DNA of 64,000 bases from Clostridium sp. CAG:417 (lineage in GTDB: Bacteria; Bacillota_I; Bacilli_A; RF39; UBA660): the NCBI GenBank assembly GCA_000432835.1, contig FR890374.1:25485-89484 (forward strand). Direction: 5' to 3'. Positions 37,280 to 45,855 of this stretch are shown in pieces (position 1 is the stretch's first letter; every line of letters starts with the position of its first letter). Both the position numbers and the translations under genes were made by a program. The notes beneath the pieces were generated by a model that saw nothing but the letters and a program-made list of their open reading frames with translations, searched no databases and was not told the origin of the DNA.

Positions 37280-37937
37280 ATTAAGAGTTTTGTATGAAGA
37301 TAATCATGTGATAGTTGTAGTCAAAGAAAAAAATGTTTTGAGTCAGGCTGATAATACCCATGATATAGATATGCTTACTATAATAAAGAAATATTTAAAA
37401 GAAAAATATAATAAACCTGGTAATGTTTATTTGGGACTCGTGCATAGACTTGATAGACCTGTTAGTGGGATTATGGTGTTTGCTAAAACTAGTAAAGCTG
37501 CCAGTAGACTATCTGATCAAGTTCGAAAAAAAGAAATTAAGAAAACATATATGGCAGTGGTAAAAGGAATAATAAAAAAAGATGAGGATACGTTTGTTGA
37601 TTATTTATTAAAGTTAGATAATGGTAATACCATTGTTACGACGAAAGACAAGGGAAAAGAAAGTGTTTTAACTTATAAAGTATTAAAACGTAATTATGAA
37701 AAGAATGAGACACTAGTAAGTATTGATTTAAAAACTGGTAGACATCATCAAATTAGAGTACAATTTGCAAGTAGGGGATATCCATTATGTGGTGATCAGA
37801 GATATGGAAAAAGTGATAAGACTCAAATTGCTCTTTGTGCATATAAATTAGAGTTTATTCATCCCACGACGAAACAATTGATGAAGTTTGAAATAGAAAA
37901 ACCATTGGACACATATTGGACAGACTTTACTTTGTAA
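37254..37937 (+). CDS. RluA-family pseudouridine synthase
   Basis: VLYEDNHVIVVVKEKNVLSQ, then HRLDRPVSGIMVFAKT (catalytic Asp motif), then RHHQIRVQFA. Confidence 0.8.
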   Translation: MEDGKAVNKLRVLYEDNHVIVVVKEKNVLSQADNTHDIDMLTIIKKYLKEKYNKPGNVYLGLVHRLDRPVSGIMVFAKTSKAASRLSDQVRKKEIKKTYMAVVKGIIKKDEDTFVDYLLKLDNGNTIVTTKDKGKESVLTYKVLKRNYEKNETLVSIDLKTGRHHQIRVQFASRGYPLCGDQRYGKSDKTQIALCAYKLEFIHPTTKQLMKFEIEKPLDTYWTDFTL

Positions 37938-38027
37938 ACAAATTGTCAACTTAAAGAATTAGTTGCATTTGAAAAGTTTTTTTGTTATGATGTTAATAGA
38001 ATAAAAATAGAGGGAGATTGATTTAGT

Positions 38028-39167
38028 ATGAATTTTGATTTAAGCTGGTTTAAGACAGTACCAGGTTTACTTATTACTTGTGGTGTTGTTTTATTAATAA
38101 TAGCTTTAATAATATTTATTGTTACTTCTAAAAATAATAAAAATGTAAAGAAGGAAGCTCAAAATAATAATCCAAAGGGAGAGGATACTACTCCTAAAGA
38201 TAATGTTCAGCCTGTTTCTGATAGTGTTTCTAGTGAAACAGTTGTAGCAGTTAATACGGATGCTGGTTCTAAGACATCTGTAGAAACTCCTATGCAAAAT
38301 GCTACTCCGGTTACTGAAAATGTTGGAATAGAATCTCTTCAAAATATGCAACCTACACAGACAGTTAATCCAACTCCTATTGAAGTTGAGACTGTAAGTA
38401 GTGCTCCAGTAGTTGAAGATACTCCAGCTCTATCTAGTCCTGTAGTAAATAATACTACTGTTGATGCTTATCAAGCAATGGCTAATAGTGCTGCTATTTT
38501 AAATGATAATTATGTTCAAGAACCAGTAGCTCCTGTTAGTCAAAGTGTAGAACCAATTGAAGTAGCTCCTGAAGTTACTCCAGTAATGAATAGTGTAACT
38601 GCTCCAGCAACTCCAGTTGAAGTTGCTCCAATTCTTGATACTCCAGTAGTTCAACCAGAAGTTTCTTCTCCAATTAATCCTGAAGTTATTTCTCCAAGTG
38701 TTGATGCTATTCCAACTCCAGTTGCTCCTACTGTTTCTAGTGTAAGCAATGAACAACATGCTATATATGGAGGAGTTAGTCAAATTTTACCTAATGATAT
38801 GTCAATCAATACTGGCTCTAGTAATCATCAAATTTATGGTGGGGCTAATCCTTTAGAGAATACGCAATCATTACCAATTATGGGTAATACACAACCTGAA
38901 ATGTCTACTGCACCAGTATCAGTTGCTCCTGAAGTAGCTCCAGTTGTTCCAGATATTCCTAGTGTAAATGCTACACCAATAATTCCAAATGTATCAGTAA
39001 CACCAGTGGAGGAAAATATAGTTATTCCAACACCTGAAGTTTCAACACCAGTTGTTCCAAGTGGATTAGAGCAACAAAATCAAGTACCTATAGTTCCTAC
39101 TGGTATACCATCAGTACAAGTTACAGCAACGGCGCCTATAATGCCAGCTGATAATCAACAATTATAA
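38028..39167 (+). CDS. Membrane-anchored low-complexity Pro/Val/Thr/Ser-rich protein
   Basis: Single N-terminal TM, then about 340 aa of degenerate P-V-(A/T/S)-P-E-V repeats (VAPEVTPV, VEVAPIL, PEVSSPINPEVISPS). Probably extracytoplasmic. Confidence 0.6.
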   Translation: MNFDLSWFKTVPGLLITCGVVLLIIALIIFIVTSKNNKNVKKEAQNNNPKGEDTTPKDNVQPVSDSVSSETVVAVNTDAGSKTSVETPMQNATPVTENVGIESLQNMQPTQTVNPTPIEVETVSSAPVVEDTPALSSPVVNNTTVDAYQAMANSAAILNDNYVQEPVAPVSQSVEPIEVAPEVTPVMNSVTAPATPVEVAPILDTPVVQPEVSSPINPEVISPSVDAIPTPVAPTVSSVSNEQHAIYGGVSQILPNDMSINTGSSNHQIYGGANPLENTQSLPIMGNTQPEMSTAPVSVAPEVAPVVPDIPSVNATPIIPNVSVTPVEENIVIPTPEVSTPVVPSGLEQQNQVPIVPTGIPSVQVTATAPIMPADNQQL

Positions 39168-39171
39168 TAAA

Positions 39172-39200
39172 AAAATAGAAGCTCTAGTGGGCTTCTATTA
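39172..39200. terminator. Bidirectional terminator hairpin between convergent genes (overlaps the spoVS stop)
   Basis: ATAGAAGC-tctagtgg-GCTTCTAT inverted repeat with flanking A/T runs. Confidence 0.45.
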
Positions 39201-39456
39201 TTAGTTTAATGGCAGTTCTTTCTTCACCATCAATTGTAATATCCGCAAAAGCTGGAATACAAACCAAATTCTTTCCAGATGGGGCCATAAAACCTCTGGC
39301 TATAGCGACAGCTTTAATTGCTTGATTTAGCGCTCCTGCTCCTACTGCTTGTATTTCAACATTTCCTTTTTCACGAAATACATTGGCTAGTGCCCCAGCA
39401 ACACTACTAGGGTTTGATTTTGATGAAACTTTAAGTGTTTCCATTATTTTAATCAT
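39184..39456 (-). CDS. spoVS: Stage V sporulation protein S
   Basis: METLKVSSKSNPSSVAGALANVFREKGNVEIQAVGAGALNQAIKAVAIARGF...LVCIPAF...IDGEERTAIKLIIE is near-identical in pattern to B. subtilis SpoVS. The start may be the second Met, at 39444. Confidence 0.85.
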   Translation of the reverse strand: MIKIMETLKVSSKSNPSSVAGALANVFREKGNVEIQAVGAGALNQAIKAVAIARGFMAPSGKNLVCIPAFADITIDGEERTAIKLIIEAH

Positions 39457-39518
39457 TCCTTTCTATAGTAAAATATATGAATAGTGATTTTAAAAATTCT
39501 TAAATATTTAGAAAATCT

Positions 39519-39549
39519 ATTGCAATATTTATTAAAAAAACGTATAATT
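39519..39549 (+). promoter_or_regulatory. Sigma-A-type promoter for the serS leader (TTGCAA-17-TATAAT)
   Basis: TTGCAA at 39520-39525, a 17-nt spacer, and TATAAT at 39543-39548. Confidence 0.5.
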
Positions 39550-39554
39550 GAGGC

Positions 39555-39765
39555 AAATCAATGATTAGAGACAATAATAAGAATATTTAACTTTAGAGAG
39601 GTTATGTTTGGTGAAAATAACTGTTAAATACTTATTTATCTACTCTATAAGATGAAGTTTTAACTTCCGGGGAACCGTTATCTAAGAAAGTCAAATTAAA
39701 AGGATGGTACCGTGCTTTAGCACTCCTTGTACTGTTCTTTTTTTTGTAAAAATAAAGGAGAGATG
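39555..39765 (+). promoter_or_regulatory. T-box riboswitch leader (Ser-specific) upstream of serS
   Basis: The conserved T-box sequence AAAAGGATGGTACCGTG is followed by a terminator-like GTGCTTTAGCAC hairpin and a T-run just before the serS RBS. A candidate specifier is TCT-A in CTACTCTATAAG. Confidence 0.6.
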
Positions 39766-39768
39766 AAT

Positions 39769-41061
39769 ATGATAGACATAAAGTTAGTAAGAGAAAATCC
39801 TGAAATGGTTAAAGAAAATATTAAGAAAAAGTTTCAAGATCAAAAATTAGTATTAGTTGATGAAGTAATAGATCTTGATCAAAAAGTGAGAGATTTAAAG
39901 AAAAATGGAGATGCTTTACGTAGTAAACGTAATTCAATTAGTAATGAAATTGGACAACTTATGCGAGATAAGAAAGTTGATGAAGCTAATGACAAAAAAG
40001 AAGAAGTTAAAAATATTAATGAACAATTAGTTTCAATGGAAGAAGAAGAGCAAAAACTTAATCAACAAATAAGAGAAATTATGATGAAGATTCCTAATAT
40101 TATGGATCCAAGTGTACCTATTGGAAAGGATGATTCTTGTAATGTAGAAAATGAAAAATTTGGTGATCCAGTAGTACCAGAATATGAAATTCCTTATCAT
40201 GCTGATATTTGTGAAAAATTATTAGGTTTAGACAAAGAAAGTGCAGGAAGAACAAGTGGTAATGGTTTTTATTATTTAATGGGTGATGTTGCTAGACTTC
40301 ATTCTGCTATGCTTTCATATGCAAGAGATTTTATGATTAATAAGGGATTTACTTATTGTGTACCTCCATTTATGATTAGAAGTGATGTAGTTGATGGTGT
40401 TATGTCTTTTGAAGAAATGGATGCTATGATGTATAAGATTGAAGGAGAAGATCTTTATTTAATTGGTACTAGTGAACATTCAATGATTGGTAAATTTAAA
40501 GGCCAACTATTAAAAGAAGAAGAATTACCACTTACTTTAACTTCTTATTCTCCATGTTTTAGAAAAGAAGTTGGAGCACATGGTATCGAGGAAAGAGGAC
40601 TTTATAGAGTTCATCAATTTGAAAAACAAGAAATGGTTGTTTTATGTAAAAAAGAGGATGGAATGGATTGGTACAATAAAATGTGGCAATATACTGTAGA
40701 ATTCTTTAGAAGTTTGGATGTCCCTGTTAGAACATTAGAATGTTGTAGTGGTGATCTTGCTGATTTAAAAGTTAAGTCTTGTGATGTTGAAGCTTGGAGT
40801 CCTAGACAAAAGAAATACTTTGAGGTTGGAAGTTGCTCTATTTTAGGAGATGCTCAATCAAGAAGATTAGGTATTAGAGCAAAAGGTAAGGAAGGAAACT
40901 ATTTAGTTACAACTCTTAATAATACAGTTCTTGCAACACCTCGTGGTATGATAGCTGTTCTTGAAAATAATTATCAGGCAGATGGTAGTGTTAAAATTCC
41001 TAAGGCATTACAACCTTATATGGGTGGTAAAGAAATTATTAGTCCTAAAAAAGATAAATAA
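39769..41061 (+). CDS. serS: Seryl-tRNA synthetase
   Basis: N-terminal coiled-coil arm and class II motifs (FRKEVGAHGIEERGLYRVHQFEKQE, GSCSILGDAQSRRLGIR). ATG follows AAAGGAGA. Confidence 0.9.
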   Translation: MIDIKLVRENPEMVKENIKKKFQDQKLVLVDEVIDLDQKVRDLKKNGDALRSKRNSISNEIGQLMRDKKVDEANDKKEEVKNINEQLVSMEEEEQKLNQQIREIMMKIPNIMDPSVPIGKDDSCNVENEKFGDPVVPEYEIPYHADICEKLLGLDKESAGRTSGNGFYYLMGDVARLHSAMLSYARDFMINKGFTYCVPPFMIRSDVVDGVMSFEEMDAMMYKIEGEDLYLIGTSEHSMIGKFKGQLLKEEELPLTLTSYSPCFRKEVGAHGIEERGLYRVHQFEKQEMVVLCKKEDGMDWYNKMWQYTVEFFRSLDVPVRTLECCSGDLADLKVKSCDVEAWSPRQKKYFEVGSCSILGDAQSRRLGIRAKGKEGNYLVTTLNNTVLATPRGMIAVLENNYQADGSVKIPKALQPYMGGKEIISPKKDK

Positions 41062-41071
41062 TAAAAATATA

Positions 41072-41117
41072 AGTAAATATTATTTTGGTTATGAAAATAG
41101 TATTTACTTTTTTTATT
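41072..41117 (+). terminator. Rho-independent terminator after serS
   Basis: Nested hairpin AGTAAATA-tTATTTTggttatGAAAATAg-TATTTACT followed by TTTTTTTAT. Confidence 0.65.
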
Positions 41118-41205
41118 TCAATTATTAGTATATGATGCTTATACTTTTTCTTGAATAAATCTTTATTTTGTGGTATTATATAGCACATAAAAAGAGGTGA
41201 AGTAT

Positions 41206-42063
41206 GTGTTCTTTAAGAAAAACAAGAATGATTTTGAACTAAAAACAGAAGAAGATAGTTCATATTATGAATATGAAGATGATACTGACTTTTTTAGATT
41301 TGATAATGAAGAGCCTATCAATTCTTCTTTAAAATATAAGGCAGAATCTAATATAGATAGTTTAGATAATAATAATGATAATTCAGACTATGTTTCAACA
41401 GATTTTTATAATGGTTATGATCAAGTAGATGAAGATGACAATGCAGATGATAATGATAATAATACTACTTATACTGATGACTCTACTAAGTCTGTTGGTG
41501 GTATTATGTTAAAAGTTTTAAACTTTTTCTTAATTCTAGTTATGGCAGGTGCTTTTTTAGTTGTTTTTGATGTTGTAATGGTTACTAAATTTAATGTAGG
41601 ACCTATTTTTGCTATAAAGGTGAAAACATATAATGATGGTGGAACTAAGGAATATGCTGGTATTTTTTATAAGGTGATTAAATATAAGCAGACTAATGGA
41701 AGACGTGATATGGTTTTAGGAAGTTATAAGCTTTCTTATTCTGGTGAAGTTTATAAAAAATCAGTGTTAGATCTTGCTATATTATATCGTGATGATTTTA
41801 CTAATTTTTCACTTTTAGAAGGAAAATATGTTGTTGTTACGGGAAAAGTTTTAAGTGTTTCTAAAGAGAAGCAAGTTGTTAAATTAATATATGAAGATAG
41901 TGATAACAAATATCAAACGATTGTTACATTTAAGATGGATAAAGATGCTAATTATGATGAACTTAAAAAGGGAAATACAGTAAAAATTGCTGGTGTTTTA
42001 GATGATTATAGTGATAATAAGCAGGGAATAAATATTAATATGATAAATGGTACTAGAAAGTAG
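41206..42063 (+). CDS. Hypothetical protein with acidic disordered N-terminus, one TM and a C-terminal globular domain
   Basis: ORF with periodicity. Asp/Asn/Glu-rich first 100 aa, TM at NFFLILVMAGAFLVVFDVVMV. The start codon is uncertain (GTG at 41197 or 41206). Confidence 0.5.
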   Translation: MFFKKNKNDFELKTEEDSSYYEYEDDTDFFRFDNEEPINSSLKYKAESNIDSLDNNNDNSDYVSTDFYNGYDQVDEDDNADDNDNNTTYTDDSTKSVGGIMLKVLNFFLILVMAGAFLVVFDVVMVTKFNVGPIFAIKVKTYNDGGTKEYAGIFYKVIKYKQTNGRRDMVLGSYKLSYSGEVYKKSVLDLAILYRDDFTNFSLLEGKYVVVTGKVLSVSKEKQVVKLIYEDSDNKYQTIVTFKMDKDANYDELKKGNTVKIAGVLDDYSDNKQGININMINGTRK

Positions 42064-42148
42064 ATTTCTACTTTTTTTCTTTTAAATAAATAGAAATTTA
42101 CATCATTTGTTATTAGTGTTATAATTAAAGCTAGTTGAGGAGGATATT

Positions 42149-42445
42149 ATGACAGATAAATTAACTAGAGAAGAAGTCGAACATGTTGCGAAGCTTGCTA
42201 GAATCAGGATTAGTGATAGTGAGATGGAAAAGTATCAAATAGAATTAAAAAAGATTCTTGATGAAGTAGAAAAAATCAATGATGTAGTTGGATACGATGA
42301 CCAATTTTTAATTGCACCTTGGAGTGATGATAGTACCTTAAGAGAAGATGAAAGTGGAGAAATGTTAGAGGCAAAAGAGGTACTTTTAAATGTTCCTAGA
42401 CATAGTGGTAATTATATTGAGGTACCTGTTGTAATAGGAGAGTAA
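42149..42445 (+). CDS. gatC: Asp/Glu-tRNA amidotransferase subunit C
   Basis: 98 aa, LTREEVEHVAKLARI, followed by gatA and gatB. Confidence 0.85.
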   Translation: MTDKLTREEVEHVAKLARIRISDSEMEKYQIELKKILDEVEKINDVVGYDDQFLIAPWSDDSTLREDESGEMLEAKEVLLNVPRHSGNYIEVPVVIGE

Positions 42446-42447
42446 AT

Positions 42448-43914
42448 ATGAGTAAATATATAGAAAAAGATATACAAGAAATTCATGAGTTATTAGTTAA
42501 TAAGAAGATAAAACCTATTGATTTAGTAGAAGATGCTATAAATACAATCAAAGAGAATAGTGATTTAAATTGTTTTATTACTCTAAATGAAGATGGAGCT
42601 AGAAAGATGGCTTTAGAACTTGAAAATATTGAAGTAGAAAAAGATAATTTATTATTTGGTATTCCTATTGCTGTAAAAGATAATATAGTTACTTGTGGAC
42701 TTAGAACTACTTGTGCTTCTAAGATGTTAGATAATTTTATTCCTATTTATGATGCTACTGTTGTAGAGAAAATTAAAGCTAATCACATGATTATCATAGG
42801 AAAAACTAATATGGATGAGTTTGCTATGGGTTCTACTAGTCGCACTAGTTATTATGGTGCTCCTCATAATCCTTGGAATAAGAATAAAATAGCAGGTGGT
42901 TCAAGTGGTGGAAGTGCATCTTGTATTAGTGCTGGATTGGTAAAATTTGCGCTTGGTAGTGATACAGGAGGAAGTATTCGTCAACCAGCTAGTTATTGTG
43001 GAATTGTAGGAATGAAGCCTACCTATGGAAGAGTGTCTCGCTTCGGTTTAGTTGCATTTGCTTCAAGCTTAGATCAGATTGGTCCAATGACTAAAAATGT
43101 ATATGATAATGCACTACTTTTAAATGCTATTGTTGGTAGAGATGAAAAGGATTTAACTTCAAGTAAGAAAGAAGCAGAAGACTTTACAAGATTAATAGGT
43201 CAGGATGTTAAAGGTATGCGTATTGCTATACCGGATTACTTCATGAGTGATATAGTTTCTGATGAAGTTAAAAATAAGATTTTGGAGATTAAAGATTTAC
43301 TTGAGAAAAATGGTGTTACAGTGTCTTTTGTTTCAGTAAAATATTTAGAAAATGCTGTTACATTATATCAAATAATAGCGATGGGTGAAGCAAGTAGTAA
43401 TTTAGCTAGATTTGATGGTATCCGATATGGTTATTCTTATGATAAACCAAAAGATATAGAGGATTTATATCTATCAACTCGTTCTTTAGGCTTTGGTGAT
43501 GAAGTGAAGAGAAGAATAATGGTTGGTTCTTATTTGTTAAGTGGAGACAATGCCAAGGCTTATTATAATAAAGCTTTATCTATTCGTGACGATATGAAAA
43601 AGGAATTCTTGAATGTTTTTAATGATTATGACTTGATAATTGGACCAACAACCACTACAACAGCATATGGCTTAGATGAAAATTTGGATGATCCATTAAA
43701 GAGCTTTATGGACGATGTTTTGGTTATTCCTGTTAATATGGCTGGTCTTCCGGCTATCAATGTGCCAGTTGGTTTTGATAAAAGTCATATGCCTATTGGT
43801 ATGCATATTATTGGTAAACATTTTGATGAGGCTACTATTTATAAATTAGCAAGCTTTGTTGAAAATAAATTAAAGCTTAACTTAACACCAGGGGAGGGAC
43901 TTAACAATGAGTAA
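42448..43914 (+). CDS. gatA: Glutamyl-tRNA(Gln) amidotransferase subunit A
   Basis: Amidase signature GGSSGGSASCISAG...GSDTGGSIRQPAS. Confidence 0.9.
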   Translation: MSKYIEKDIQEIHELLVNKKIKPIDLVEDAINTIKENSDLNCFITLNEDGARKMALELENIEVEKDNLLFGIPIAVKDNIVTCGLRTTCASKMLDNFIPIYDATVVEKIKANHMIIIGKTNMDEFAMGSTSRTSYYGAPHNPWNKNKIAGGSSGGSASCISAGLVKFALGSDTGGSIRQPASYCGIVGMKPTYGRVSRFGLVAFASSLDQIGPMTKNVYDNALLLNAIVGRDEKDLTSSKKEAEDFTRLIGQDVKGMRIAIPDYFMSDIVSDEVKNKILEIKDLLEKNGVTVSFVSVKYLENAVTLYQIIAMGEASSNLARFDGIRYGYSYDKPKDIEDLYLSTRSLGFGDEVKRRIMVGSYLLSGDNAKAYYNKALSIRDDMKKEFLNVFNDYDLIIGPTTTTTAYGLDENLDDPLKSFMDDVLVIPVNMAGLPAINVPVGFDKSHMPIGMHIIGKHFDEATIYKLASFVENKLKLNLTPGEGLNNE

Positions 43915-45325
43915 TTATATTCCAACAATTGGTATTGAGGTACACGTTGAATTAAAAACTAAAACAAAGATATTTTCTAATTCTATTAATGGATATGGTC
44001 AAGGAGCTAATATGCTTACGAATGTTGTTGATCTAGGATATCCTGGAACTTTACCTACTATTAATCGTGAAGTTGTAAGACAAGCTATAAGAGCGGCTAA
44101 GGTTTTACACTGTGATATTCAAAAAGAAATGCATTTTGATCGTAAGAATTATTTTTATCCAGATAATCCTAAGAACTATCAAATTACACAATTTAATACT
44201 CCTATTGGATGTAATGGTTATGTTTTAATTGAAGTTGATGGATGTGAGAAGAAAATTGAAATAGAAGAGATGCATATAGAAGAGGATACATGTAAGAGTG
44301 CTCATAGAGGTAATGTTACTTTACTTGATTTTAATAGAGCTGGTGTTCCACTAATAGAAATAGTTACTAAACCTTGTATTTCTTCTAGTGTTGAGGCTAG
44401 ATTATATATAGAAAAATTACGTGAACTTTTACTATACTCAGATATTAGTGATTGTAAAATGGAAGAAGGAAGCATGAGATGTGATGCGAACGTATCAATT
44501 AGGAAAAGGGAAACAGATCCTTTTGGTACTAAGGCAGAAATTAAAAACATAGGCTCTATTAGTAACGTTTCTCTAAGTATAGAAAAAGAAATAGAAAGAC
44601 AATCTAAGTTATATGATAATAATGAAGAGTTCTTACCACAAACTAGACGTTTTGATTCTAAACTTAATGATACTGTTTTAATGCGTGTAAAAGAAACAGG
44701 AAATGATTATCGTTACTTTCCAGAGCCAGATATTCCATTTATTCACTTGAGTGATGAAGAGATTTTGGAGGCTAGTAAAGATATTCCAATGTTACCTGAT
44801 GAAAGAAGAAAAATATATGTAGAAAGAGGTATATCTGAATTAAATACCCAAAAGGTAATTAATCACCGTGAAATGAGTGACTTCTTAAACACATATATTG
44901 ATAGTGATTTAGATTTTGTGATTGCAAGCAACTTACTATTAGGTGATATTGCTTCATATTTAAATAAAACTAATAAAGCCTTAAAAGATACAGCGCTTAG
45001 TCATGATAAATTTAGTGATTTAGTTTTAAAACTTTCTACTAAAAAATTAGTTAGCAAAAATGTTAAGGATTTAATTAATGATATAATGGAAACTACTGAT
45101 ACTATTGATCAGTTAATTGAAAAACATCATATTGAAAATATAACTGATGATAGTGTTATTTTAGAAATTATTGATGAGGTAATAAAAGAAAATCCTGATA
45201 GTGTTGTTGACTATCATAATGGTCATGATAGATGTATCAAATTCCTAATGGGGCAGGTAATGAAAAAGTCTAAGGGTAAAGCAGATCCTAAGACTGCTAT
45301 GGAATTATTAATCCAAAAGTTATAA
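43907..45325 (+). CDS. gatB: Asp/Glu-tRNA amidotransferase subunit B
   Basis: IGIEVHVELKTKTKIF N-terminus, GatB/YqeY C-terminal domain. Confidence 0.9.
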   Translation: MSNYIPTIGIEVHVELKTKTKIFSNSINGYGQGANMLTNVVDLGYPGTLPTINREVVRQAIRAAKVLHCDIQKEMHFDRKNYFYPDNPKNYQITQFNTPIGCNGYVLIEVDGCEKKIEIEEMHIEEDTCKSAHRGNVTLLDFNRAGVPLIEIVTKPCISSSVEARLYIEKLRELLLYSDISDCKMEEGSMRCDANVSIRKRETDPFGTKAEIKNIGSISNVSLSIEKEIERQSKLYDNNEEFLPQTRRFDSKLNDTVLMRVKETGNDYRYFPEPDIPFIHLSDEEILEASKDIPMLPDERRKIYVERGISELNTQKVINHREMSDFLNTYIDSDLDFVIASNLLLGDIASYLNKTNKALKDTALSHDKFSDLVLKLSTKKLVSKNVKDLINDIMETTDTIDQLIEKHHIENITDDSVILEIIDEVIKENPDSVVDYHNGHDRCIKFLMGQVMKKSKGKADPKTAMELLIQKL

Positions 45326-45396
45326 ATCGATTTTTCTAGATTGAAATATACTTGAAATAAGTGTATAATTAAAACTAATAATAGGGAGTTGATTAG

Positions 45397-45846
45397 ATGA
45401 AATTTTTGAAGGAACATGCAAAACTTATAGCGATAGTTGTTATCTTTGTTTTAGCAGTAATAATTTTATTTTCAATTTATAATAGTATCTTTTTAAATAA
45501 TTCCTCTAAGTATGGTGATAGATTAGAAGGAATTGATGAAGTTAAAGTTACTAGTAATTTAGAAAAAGAAATCAAAGAAAATATTAAGACACTTGATATT
45601 ACTAAGTCAGTAGAAATAGAAGAATCAGGTAAAATTATTAATGTTATAGCTTTAGTTAATGATGATATTGAAGTAAATAAAAGTAAGGAAATTGGAAATA
45701 AAGTTATAGAAAAATTATCTGATAAACAGAAAAAATATTTTGATGTACAAATCTTTATTAAAAAAAGTAGTAAAGATGAGAAGTTTCCTATAATTGGTTA
45801 TAAACATCATAATAAAGACAATATTACTTGGACTAAAGATAGGTAG
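45397..45846 (+). CDS. Hypothetical membrane-anchored protein
   Basis: 149 aa, N-terminal TM, no recognised motif. Confidence 0.45.
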   Translation: MKFLKEHAKLIAIVVIFVLAVIILFSIYNSIFLNNSSKYGDRLEGIDEVKVTSNLEKEIKENIKTLDITKSVEIEESGKIINVIALVNDDIEVNKSKEIGNKVIEKLSDKQKKYFDVQIFIKKSSKDEKFPIIGYKHHNKDNITWTKDR

Positions 45847-45855
45847 GAGAAATAT

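Noticed and set aside
38106-38783. Two minus-strand ORFs (81 and 94 aa) inside the Pro/Val-rich gene
   Set aside because: Open antisense frames are expected from repetitive GTT/GCT/CCA codon composition. The products are Trp/Asn/Arg-rich nonsense.
44302-45417. Antisense ORFs within gatB (82 aa) and at the gatB 3' end (64 aa)
   Set aside because: Antisense to a highly conserved gene. No signals.
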